From Octopus vulgaris (lineage: Eukaryota), in contig OX597827.1 in assembly GCA_951406725.2 (NCBI GenBank), forward strand, positions 60,946,001-61,010,000: a DNA stretch of 64,000 bases, given 5' to 3'. This document shows, piece after piece, positions 11,428 through 22,858 of this stretch. How positions within the stretch are numbered: position 1 is the stretch's first letter; the number at the start of each line of letters is the position of its first letter. The notes under the pieces are model-generated. The model saw only the letters and a program-made list of their open reading frames with translations. It had not been told where the DNA came from and did not search any database. Made by a program: the position numbers and the translations under genes.

Positions 11428-12181
11428 TCATCTATCTCTAGTCAGACACACATGCACGTATTTATATTTATACACACACAATACAGATATAAAATAAAGC
11501 ATGGACAACTACAACCTTCATTTTGTCCTTCACTGAAGACAACAGGGCAAAGTCAGCCCCCATTGGTGGATACCACTGGTAAACTAACTAGAAAAATAGT
11601 AGCCTGGCAATGATGCATGCATGTGTCAATATGCGCTATATGCAAACGTGTGTATACACATATATAAACAATTGCGTATCATCATCATCGTTTAACGTCC
11701 GCTTTCCATGCTAGCATGGGTTGGACGATTTGACTGAGGACAGATGAACCAGATGGCTGCACCTGGCTCCAATCTGATCTGGCGGAGTTTCTACAGCTGG
11801 ATGCCCTTCCTAACGCCAACCACTCCGAGAGTGTAGTGGGTGCTTTTACATGCCACCGGCATGAGGGCCAGTCTGGCAGTACTGGCAACAGCCAGTCTGG
11901 CAGTACTGGCAACGGCCAGTCTTTTACTTGTTTCAATCATTAGACTGTGGCCATGCTGGGACTTCACCTTCAAGAATTTTGGTTGAATGAATCAATCCCA
12001 GTATTTCTTTCTTTTTATTTTTTTTTTAAGCCTGATACTTATTACCTATTTCTTTATTGCCCACAAGGGGCTAAACACAAAGGGGACGAACAAGGACAAA
12101 CAGATTAAGTTGATTACATCGACCCCCAGTGCGTAACTGGTACTTAATTTATCGACCCCCAAAAGGATGAAAGGCAAAGCC

Positions 12182-12290
12182 CACAGATAATTTTTTCACT
12201 ATAGACCCTAATGGTCATAAAGGCACTATATCAGTGGATAGATTAAAAAAGGCCTTCATAGAGAAAACTGTCCCTGTTCCCACTGCAGAC
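12182..12290 (+). mobile_element. Gypsy LTR-retrotransposon integrase C-terminal remnant
   Basis: TDNFFTIDPNGHKGTISVDRLKKAFIE matches the Gypsy F.L..NG....VSIDRLKPA motif. Confidence 0.6.
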
Positions 12291-13730
12291 GACACACACA
12301 CACAGCATTACAAACACGGCCCGCTCACCCACCTTCACATTCCATGACTACCATTGGGATCGATCAGGTACCGGGCAAGATTCTGGGTTATTTTCCTGTT
12401 TTTTTTACATAATTTTTGAGAATGGTCAAGTTCATTTTTTAGTATTCTTGTTTGTGAGAGCAGTTGAATTTATTTCAAATATTATTTTAAAAATCACCTC
12501 CAGCTAATTGTTGAGAGGACATTAGTGTTGCCTTGGTGGAGGTTTGCACTCTCTGAGTGTGCTTGTTCTATCTATGTTTTACTTGTTTCAGTGGCCATGC
12601 TGGGGCACCGATCACTTTTGCTGAACTACTAAAATACAGGGCCATAAACACCAACATCAGTTGTCAAAAGGTGGTGAGGAACAAACACAGACAAATGTGT
12701 GCACACACACACACACACACACACAATGGGCTTCTCTCAGTTTCTGTGTACCAAATCTACTTATAAAGTTTTGGTTGGCTCAAGGGGCCACACACATTGG
12801 AACGGAATCCAGAACAATGCAGTTAGGAAGCAAACCACACTCCAGCATGGCCACAGTCAAATGACTGAAACAAATAAAAGAATATATACATATATATGAA
12901 ATGTTTGTGTGTGCAAATTCTATTATTGGTTTCAGCCAGAGACCATGACCATAATGGAGCACTACCGTAAGAAATGTGTTCCCATCTTGAGCAAAACCAG
13001 GATGCCTGGGTGAAAGCCAGGAAATGTCTGTGTCCATATACATATCTGTGTGTGTGTGTGTGTGTGTGTACATGCATACACATACACAAAAAATGTGGTA
13101 TATGTATATTTATATACATTAAAGAAGTCACCTTCGAAAAACATTTAGAAAGGTTTCGGTGTAGACTCATGTTTCAGCAATTTGCTGGTTTAGCTTTAGC
13201 TCCCCCTACACCTCTCTCAGATCCATCATTTATCTGTTTCTTCCTCTCTCATATCCATCTCACACACACTCTTTTATCTCTGTTTCTTGCTATCTCACGC
13301 ATACTCATTTTTTTTCTAAATACTCTCTTTACACACCACAAACAGGTGCAATTAATGAGACTAGTTATCAGTGATTGTATATCGCTTAAGATATGTTTCC
13401 AACCTTCTCTTTCATTCATTGTACAGCTTTATCATGACGAAGTGGATGGGCTAGAAACATCCATACTGTTTGTTGCGTGATCAGAAACTTTACTTCAGAA
13501 CTAAGTGGTTTCAGGTTCAATTCTACCATGTAGCATCTTAAGCAAGTATCTTCTATAACTTCAGCGCAACCAATGCTTCAGTGTTAAGGATAAGATGACC
13601 ACTAGTTTTTTAATACATGAATATAATGTTCAAACTGTTGTGTCCCTGGAAATCACTCTCTCTTCCATGTGTGCATTCTTGCTTAGGTTTATTTGTCTAA
13701 TGGACAGTTTTCTTTTTGCCACTTATAAAA

Positions 13731-13980
13731 ATAATAGTAATGAAATTATTGTATACAGTGCTCAGGTGCACCACGACTTGTCAAAAGTGCGTACAAAGCA
13801 TATGCAGTAATGTACAAATGTCTGGGAAGTGAACAGTGTACGAGTCAGATACATGCTTGCGTGTGTAGGGAGGGCAGAAAATCAGGTGTAGTGTTGGTGA
13901 ATCTCATGAAGCATGGAAGTTTTGAAGGATGCAGTGCTCCGACAACTAACAACTGATGCTGGCAGTTTGTTCCATACTTG
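13731..13980 (-). mobile_element. CR1-group LINE 3' end
   Basis: VWNKLPASVVSCRSTASFKTSM (WN.LP..VV....SFK motif), then 3' UTR and (att)n tail; the same 3' tip recurs at 62790-62860. Confidence 0.75.
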
Positions 13981-14837
13981 TAACTCTTATCCAAGTAAAA
14001 CAAGTTACAAATTCTTTTCTTCGCTGGAATCTAGCCAAAAAAATTAACATAACTTAACTTATTAGTCTAGTACACAAGGCCCAGATTACAATTGTAGTTA
14101 CAACACTTTGTGAATGAAACTGGAAACGTGTAGAAGCCTGCCATGTGTGTTGTGCTTTCATGTATTAATGTGAGTGTATAAATGTTGATTGTGTGTGCAT
14201 CTCAATTAACAGTCTGAGCAAATTTGATGAGGCAATCTTCATTCTCAAAAAAAAAACAAAAAAACAAAAAAAAAACTTAGCGGTTTGGCAAAAAGAGACC
14301 GATAGAAGAAGTACTGGGCTTACAAAAGAATAAGTCCCAGGGTTGATTTGCTCGACTAAAGGCGGTGCTCCAGCATGGCCACAGTCAAATGACTGAAACA
14401 AGTAAAAGAGTAAAAAGAGTAAAGTCCTTTAGTTCAACAGCTTCATCACATTGACAATGTAAGGACTTCTTCTCTGTCTTGGCACTCCATCAGTAAAAGA
14501 CTTGCCCAAGGTGTCACACACACTGGGACTGAACATGGAGCCATGTGGTTTGAGAGCAAGCTTCTTACCATACAGCCACACTTGCACCTATATCATCATC
14601 ATCATTGCTGGAATGGGTTGGACGATTTGACAGAAGCTGGCCAGGTAAGAGCCTGCACCAGACTTCTGTGCCTATATATATATTTATTTACACACACACA
14701 CGATGGGCTTGTTTCAGGTCTTTTGCCTACCAAATCTAGTCACAAGGTTTTGGTCAGCCTGAAGTTATTGTAGAAAACACTTGCCCAAAGTGCCATACAG
14801 TGAGTGGATTTGGTAGATGGAAACTGGAAGAAGCCTC

Positions 14838-14905
<68 letters not shown>

Positions 14906-15994
14906 CCGTGTCCCATCATCACTTGACAACTGATGTTGGCATGTTTATGTCCCAGTCACTTAGCAGTTCAGCAAAAGAAACCAATAGAGAAAGTACTAGG
15001 CTTCAAAAATAAGTCCTAGGGTCAATTTGCTTAACTAAAATCCTTTGGCAGTGGTCCAGCATGGCCGCAGTCAAATTACTGAAACAAGTAAAAGAATAAA
15101 GAATATATAAACACACACACAAAATATACAGATATGTATATCTGTGTGTGTGCGTGTGTGTGTTTGTTCCCCACCACCACTGGACAATAGGCGTTGGTTT
15201 GTTTACATCCTTGCACTTTTGCAGTTCAGTAATAAAAAGATACTGGTAGGATAAGTATCAAGCTAAAAAAAAAAGTACTGAGAATGATCCATTTGACTAA
15301 ACTCTTGGTAGCAATGCCCCAACATGGCCACAGTCCAATGACTGAAACATATAGAAAATAAGAGATACATGTAGAATTTTTTGGACTAAAATGTACACCC
15401 AAAAAAGGTTATGTCAACTTACACACCAAGACGGCTTTAGAGGAACCCAAAAGATGATGAGGTTTGAATGTTTACACTATATACTGTTGACTTTGTGCGC
15501 CAAAAAATACAGTATTAATTCCTGCTGTAGCCTCTTTTACTAAAGGTAGACTTAGGAATTGGTTTTTGGAGTGTGGTGGAATCTTTTGTACATCAGGATA
15601 CTCAGGAAAAATTTTGGCAAGCAAAAGAACTGAAGAGGAAGAAACTAGAGATAGATAAATAGATAGGCTAATGTGTGTATGTATGTATGTACGTACGTGT
15701 GCATTGTGTAAGTATATGTGTGTGTGCATGTGTGTTGTGTATTTATGTGTATATATATGTGTTTGTGTGTTGTGTACATATGTGTTGTGCATTTATATGT
15801 ATGTCTGTTATGTGTATATATGTGTGTTGTGTACATATGTATTGTGTATTTATATGTATGTTATGTGCATATATATGTGTGTGTGTTGTGTACATATATG
15901 TGTGTATGTGTGTGTGTGTTGTGTACATATATGTGTGTATGTGTGTGTGTGTTGTGTACATATATATGTGTGTTGTGTATATGTATGTTATGTA

Positions 15995-16037
<43 letters not shown>

Positions 16038-16396
16038 GTGTGTGTGTGTGTGTGTGCTGTGTACACGTGCGTGTGTGTATACAGAGAGAGAGAGAGAGAG
16101 AGAAGAAAGGAGGAAAGTGAGAGAGATGATACTGGAACTGAAAGTAACCATAGAAGATTCAAAGAATCTACAATGTCAGACCAAAGTCAAAGAAGTTAGA
16201 ATGTGGGTGGGATGGGTTTGGGGCGATACAAGGAGAAAAGAGAAAACAAACAACTTGACAGAGGAGGAAACGCTGCAAAATATCTATGCTATAAAACAGA
16301 TTGAAATGTCTAGAAGTAGACATATGCACTTTAGTATGCGTGTGTGGGTGTTTTGTGTGATCTGTCTGTGTCTACATACATACGTACGTACATACA

Positions 16397-16804
16397 GGCG
16401 CAGGAGTGGCTGTGTGGTAAGTAGCTTGCTTACCAACCACATGGTTCCGTGTTCGGTCCCACTGCGTGACACCTTGGGCAAGTGTCGTCTACTATAGCTT
16501 CAGGCCGACCATAGCCTTGTGAATGGATTTGGTGGACGGAAACTGAAAGAAGCCCGTCACATATATGTATGTATATATATATGTGTGTGTGAATATGTTT
16601 GTGTGTCTGTGTTTGTCCCCCCTACCCCCAACATCACTTGACAACCGATGCTGTTGTGTTTATGTTCCCGTAACTTAGCGGTTCGACAAAAGAGACCAAT
16701 AGAATAAGTACTAGGTTTACAAAGAATAAGTCCTGGGGACGATTTGCTCGACTAAAGGCTGTGCTCCAGCATGGCCGCAGTCAAATGACAAACAAATAAA
16801 AGAA
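16397..16804 (+). mobile_element. SINE family A
   Basis: Full-length match to 8790-9197. Confidence 0.9.
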
Positions 16805-17277
16805 TACATGTGGATGTGTATGTGTGAGTGTGCATATGTACATGCATGCATGCGTGTGCATGTATATATGTATGTATGTGTGTGTGTGTGTGTGAGTGTG
16901 TGTGTGTGTATGTGCTAAAGGCAAGCTGGGAGAATTATTACAGTGCCAGGCATAATATTTTGTGACATTTTGTCCGTCTTAAGTTTCCGAGTTCAAGTTC
17001 TGCAGAGGTTGACTTTGCCTTTTATGCTTTTGTGGGTTGATAAAACAAGTACCAGACGAGCACCAGGTTCGATGTTATCAACTAACTCCCACCTCAAAAC
17101 TACTGGCCTTTGTTCTTGTGCCAAAATGTGAATTTTTGGTGTAACTGGTTGCACAATCACCCAACAAGCAAAAGAGATGTGGTTGTAACCCAGTGATAGG
17201 GTCTGTTCTCTTTAATTCTTTTTGAGTTTCATGTAATATACATCAAAAACATTTGATCATTTGCATTATAATTGATA

Positions 17278-17962
17278 TCTCTATATATATAAACGGCAAA
17301 ATGTCTGTGTGTCCTTTATACAAATCCACAATTTTTCAGGCCGATGCCAGCGCCGCCTTGACTGGCTTCTGTGCCGGTGGCACGTAAAAAGCACCATCCG
17401 AATCGTGGCCGGTTGCCAGTGCCGCCTTGACTGGCTTCCATGCCGGTGGCACGTAAAATGCACCAATCTGATCGTGGCCGTTGCCAGCCTCGCCTGGGAC
17501 CTGTGCAGGTGGCATGTAAAAAGCACCCACTACATTCACGGAGTGGTTGGCATTAGGAAGGGCATCCAGCTGTAGAAACACTGCCAGATCAGACCGGAGC
17601 CTGGTGCAGCCTTCTGGCTTCCCAGATCCCCGGTCGAACCGTCCAACCCGGACGTTAAATGATGAGGGCTTGCACTTTCTATGGTCATTCAAAACTGTCC
17701 AAGGGTGGTCGTGCACATCTTTACATTTCCCCAGTCACCCTGCAAAGCCATTAAAAAAAAAATCAATAGAAGTGACTTTTTTCTGAATTTTCTATCCAAA
17801 ACCCAATAAAAATGCCTGAAACTTGATACGCCAATTGAATGCCTGCTAGCTGTATGTGATTGGTCGGAGATTTGGACAGTACTCGCGTGTATGTGCGCAT
17901 GCATGCAGCTGTATATGCATGCACTAGCACTATGACCAGGCGATGCCGGGTGATAGTGCTAG
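17278..17962 (+). mobile_element. Helitron family H1 interrupted by a family C repeat (17340-17665)
   Basis: A|TC...CTAG|T termini; colinear with 1642-1993 once the insert is removed. Confidence 0.75.
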
Positions 17963-18279
17963 TTTAGATGTAAAATGAATGATTGGCAAAATGAGCAGAG
18001 AACAGGTAGGGTTGTAAAGGTTCTTTTAGTACAGTCTCTGCAAGTTCACCACCTTAATCATCATCATCATCATCATTCAGTGTCCGTTTTCCATGCTAGC
18101 ATGGGTTGGACGGTTCAACTGGGGTCTGTGAAGCTGGAAGGCTTCATCAGGCCCAGTCAGATCTGGCAGTGTTTCTACGGCTGGATGCCCTTCCTAACGC
18201 CAACCACTCCGCGAGTGTAGTGGGTGCTTTTTACGTGCCACCCGCACGTAATAATGCTTCAAAAATAATAATAATAATG

Positions 18280-18495
18280 GCTTCAAATTTTGGTACAAGA
18301 CCAGCAAATTCAAGGGAGGGATTAAGACAATTACATCAACCCCAGTGAACAACTGGTACATATTTTATTGACCTCGAAAGGATGAAAGGAAAAAGATGAC
18401 CTCAACAGAATTTGAACACAGAACATAATGCTGGAAGAAATACTGCTAAGCACTTTGTCCCGTGGGCTAATGATTCTGCCAGCTCACTGCCTTAA
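18280..18495 (-). mobile_element. MetaSINE-like SINE (family B)
   Basis: Core cctttcatcctttcggggtcgataaaataagtaccag; further copies at 18825-19035, 19515-19727, 20703-20935, 21590-21795, 26050-26263, 33555-33770, 44545-44776, 57290-57730, 62045-62240. Confidence 0.8.
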
Positions 18496-19164
18496 TAATA
18501 ATGATGATGACGATGATAATGGTGATGATGGACACTCTGGTCAAAGAGGATGTATGACCATTCGGCTTTTTGCCAAATGACCTGCACAAATGATTTGTTT
18601 ATAGTGATGAAATGTCAATGCCAAAGATTAGCTCACTTTCTCCATAAAATCAATATTTCGTGTCGAAGTGATTGCATAGCAACACAAAATTAAGTGTTTT
18701 GCTCAAGAACACAATGCACCACCTGGTCTAGGAATTGAAATCACAATCACTAGATCATGAACACAACACCCTAACAACTGAGCCATATGCCCACAATAAT
18801 AATAATAATAACAACAATAATCATTTCTACTACAGACACAAGGCCTGAAATTTTGCATGAGGGGACTTGTCGATCACATTGACTCCAGTGTGTAACTGGT
18901 AATTATTTCATCAACCCCAAGAGGATGAAAGATGAAGTTGACCTCAGTGGAATTTCAACTCAGAACATAAAGTTGGACAAAATGCTTTGCAACATTTTGT
19001 CCGCTTTGCTAACGACCCTACCAGCTTGCTGCCTTAATAATAGTGCAAGACCAAAAATATGGCTCCCTAGTCACAATACCAATTTGAACTTCTAACTTGT
19101 TGTTTTTGAGGTCTCTGGGTGAGACTTGGAGACAACTTGTACAAATATAAAGCAAAAGCCAAAC

Positions 19165-19167
<3 letters not shown>

Positions 19168-19201
<34 letters not shown>

Positions 19202-19470
19202 TCGTTTATTGGCCACAAGGGCTAACAAAAATCAATTAAAACATAAAGGGACAAAACACAGGATGAAAGTTACAAAGGGTTTTGTCCGTTTGAAAAAAGG
19301 TCCGTGTACAAAAGCAGGATAACAACGAAATATAAGTAACAATTAAAACTCCCAATAGGGGGAGGCGCTTCGAAAGGTTACTCGTGGAAAAACCCATAAA
19401 AGCCACGGGAGCCTGGTCAAAAGGGGGTAGAGGGCCCCTTTCTCCTTTTATATTTCCTTTTAATTTTTCA
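19168..19470 (-). mobile_element. Probable LINE (L1/Tx1-like) 3' UTR
   Basis: Minus strand ends AATAAA followed by a (tta)n tail; pyrimidine-rich UTR-like body. Confidence 0.35.
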
Positions 19471-19735
19471 CAGGTGTATCCTCAGAATTGGTCCGTTCAT
19501 ATTGGTAATGATGATTTCAAATTTTTCCACAAGTGCAGCAATTTGTGGGGAGGGGATGAGTTGATTACATTGACCCCAGTGTTCAACTGGTATTTATTTG
19601 ATCGACCTCAAAAGGATGAAAGATAAAGTCGACCTCGGCAGAATTTGAACTCTGAATGTAGCAATGGATAAAATACCCCTAAGTATTTCGTCCAGCATGC
19701 TAACGATTCTGCCAGCTCGCTGCCTTAATAATATA

Positions 19736-19872
19736 AGGTTGTCCCAAAAGTTCGTAGAAAGTCTTGGAAAATAATGGTCTTTATTTTGAGGAATAATTTT
19801 TGTTGTTTTTGTTAGTACTTGGCGAGTAAAAATTCAATTTTCACAAATGTTTACAAACTTTTGGGACAACCT
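19736..19872. mobile_element. Tc1/mariner-type MITE (137 bp)
   Basis: 17-bp perfect TIR aggttgtcccaaaagtt / aacttttgggacaacct; TA context. Confidence 0.75.
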
Positions 19873-22140
19873 AATAACAGCAATAATAGTTCATTTGCTA
19901 CAAGGGCAGTAAGCAATGAGACATGGCCTGGAAAAGTTGCAAAATGTCTTGGGAGTGAAATAAACAAACGAGAAAAAAAAAATCAACAGAATACAATGAT
20001 GATGATGATGACTCGTTCTTTTGTATTTTTTGCTGCCCTAGATACTGCTGTGGTGTCAGGTGCTTTGTTTTCATGCTCTAAATACCACCCAGCTGTTGTA
20101 GTCCAAAACGATATTTGTTTCTTCGCACACAAAGAGAAATATCACAAATGTCTTTATGACCGGATTTGACCTGCACAAAACAATCTAACCTTGGTTAACT
20201 ACTAACAGCAAACAGCCTTATTTTAAGGCTTATTGAACATTGAGAGAGCCATCACGCAACAGTCCTGTGGGCAATTGGATAAACTACAAGTGTTTATGTG
20301 CAAGAATGTTCCAGAACCTTTGTGTAAGGTCATGGACATTGTCCTTCCTCCAAACTTAAAAAAAAAAAAAATTATCCTTTTTTTTTTTCCCTTGCTGATG
20401 GAAGAATTACTTTACTTTTGAAATAAAATTCAGTAGGTACAAGCATGGCTGTGTGTTCGAGGGGTTCACTTTGCAACATGCTTTCAGGTTCAGGCCCACT
20501 TAATGGCATCTTCAATGGGTATTGTCTACTGCAGCCATTGGAAATCAATGCCTTGTGACTGAATGTGGTTGACAGAAACTGTATGGAAGCCAGTCATGCG
20601 TGTGTTTGGGCATGCACATGCTTGTGTCTTCTACAACCCCAGGCCAGCCGAATGCTACTTGAGGGAATGTGGTTCACAGAAACGGTCTGGAAACAGTGTA
20701 GAGGCAGTGAGCTGGCAGAAATGTTAGCACGCCGGGCGAAATGCTTAGTGGTGTTTTGTCTGCCGCTACGTTCTGAGTTCAAATTCTGCTGAGGTCAACT
20801 TTGCCTTTCATCCTTTCGAGGTTGATTAAATAAGTACCAGTTACACACTGGGGTCAATGTAATCGACTTATTCCGTTTGTATGTCCTTGTTTGTCCCCTC
20901 TGTGTGTAGCTCCTTGTGGGCAGTAAAGAAATAAGAAACGGTGTGGATGCTTGTTGTACATGTGTGTGTGTGTGCATGTGCACTGTCTTCTACTACAGCC
21001 CAAATGCCACTTGAATGAATGTGGTTGACGGAAACTGTGCAGAAGCCTGCCATATGTATGTGGTGGTGTGGAGTGTACGTGCTTGTGCGTCTTCTACTAC
21101 AACCCCAGGTCAATCAAATGCCACTTGAGCGAATGCAGTTGGTGGAAACTGTGTGGAAGCATGTCATGTGTGCGCGCATACCTGCTTGCTTTTGAGGGTG
21201 TGCTTGTGTCTATCTTCAACTACAGCACCAGGTTTGTGTGTGTGTGTGTTTACATGTATTTCTCTCTCACTGCTTGTTTGCTGAACAATGCTTTCTTATA
21301 GCTTCCTGAATATTTTGATACAGTTGACAGCCACTTCTCAGAAAGAAAAGGTCAAATGAGGCTCTTGTTCACAGAAATTCTTTTAAAAAAAAATGTATAT
21401 TCTGCCCAGTCAACTAAATGACATTTGTTGTAAGGTTGCAACCTTAATCTTATAAATCTGCAAATCCACTCAACTATTGAAGATTGCACTTTATATTTCA
21501 ATTGTTGATGCTCTTGTTTAACCCCAGGTCAACGATGAGTCAAGAAAACCATGATCAAAAGCGTTCCCTTTATCAATATTGTTGTGTCAGGCTGTGAGCT
21601 GGCAGAGAAGTTCGAATGCCAGGCAAAATGCTTTGCAGCTTTTTATTCATCTTTGCATTCTGAGTTCAAATTCTGCCGAGGTCAACTTTGCCTTTCATTC
21701 TTTCGGGGTTGATAAAATAAGTACCAGTTGGGTATTTGGATTGATGTAATCGACTTACCCACCCACCACCCCTGGCCTTGTGCCAAAATTTGAAATCAAT
21801 ATCTTGTACGTGTGTGTATGTTCTCTCAAACATATTCAGTTTCCGTTGTTGGTTGAGAGTGATTAAAGAGATATGTGGTTGCTATTTGTAAGTAATGAAT
21901 TGACTAAAAGATGTCAGGGAAAAGTCATTGGGAGGAAAGAAATAAGGAAACAAAAACTATTTTAAATCAGTTATTAACTGACAGTACATAATTTATATAT
22001 GATGCATTTACACATGTGCGGGAAAAAAATCTTGTATTCAATTTTTTAAGCAAAGGAAGACCAAAAAAAAATTTCAGTCATTTATTGGCAATACACGACA
22101 TGTACAGATTAAAAATGCTTTACACAGTAGAAATATCATT

Positions 22141-22858
22141 ATTTCTAATTCTCTATAAAGGGGACTACAGCAGTGGTACTGGATATTAATAGTTATTGCC
22201 AAGCTAACATCTATCTGGACTGCTATGTTAGCTTAGCGATAACTATTAATATCCAGTACCTATTTCTTTACTAACCACAAGGGGCTAAATACAGAAAGGA
22301 CAGACAAGGACAGACAAACGGATTAAGTCGATTATATCGACCCCAGTGCGTAACTGGTACTTATTTAATCGACCCCGAAAGGATGAAAGGCAAAGTCGAC
22401 CTCGGTGGAATTTGAACTCAGAACGTAGCAGCAGACGAAATACTGCTAAGCATCTCGCCCGGTGTGCTAACGTTTCTGCCAGCTCGCCGCCTTATTAATA
22501 TCCAATACCACTGCCGTAGTCTCCTTCAGAGAGAATTAGAAATGTTATTTCTATTTTTGAAAACCAGTGGATGTATTCCACTGAATTTAGGTAAATAATC
22601 CTTCGAACAGATGATCAGCAGTGCTCTTTCTGGGGTCGGCTGCTCTACATTGATAAGGGGCAAATACCCCGAAACTAGTCTGTAGATGCCAGACCAGCAA
22701 GGAGAAGCTGCTGACCTTCCCTGTTCGAAGGTTATAATGGACACAGGTTTGTGTGTCACATAGCTAGCTAGAGGCGATGGCCTCTTGGAGCTAATCAACG
22801 GCAGCATTCGTCCTATCTATCTGGACTGCCATGTTAGCTTGGCGATAACTATTGATAT
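22141..22858 (+). mobile_element. ~357-nt hammerhead retrozyme/Penelope-pLTR-like monomer with terminal direct repeat and 5' inverted arm, interrupted by a MetaSINE
   Basis: Direct repeat atctatctggactgc.atgttagctt.gcgataactatt at 22209 and 22815; inverted arm 22141-22210; SINE 22261-22492 with 17-bp TSD tattaatatcca(g/a)tacc. Confidence 0.75.
22644..22686 (+). ncRNA. Minimal type I hammerhead ribozyme, U3-A8 variant, GUC cleavage site at 22678-22680
   Basis: TCTACA-TTGATAA-GGGG caaata CCCC-GAAAC-TA-GTC-TGTAGA: perfect 6-bp stem I, 4-bp stem II, palindromic stem III ACTAGT. Confidence 0.75.

Noticed and set aside
20040-20350. Possible exons in unique sequence
   Set aside because: Splice-like sites on both strands but no unambiguous frame or recognisable protein
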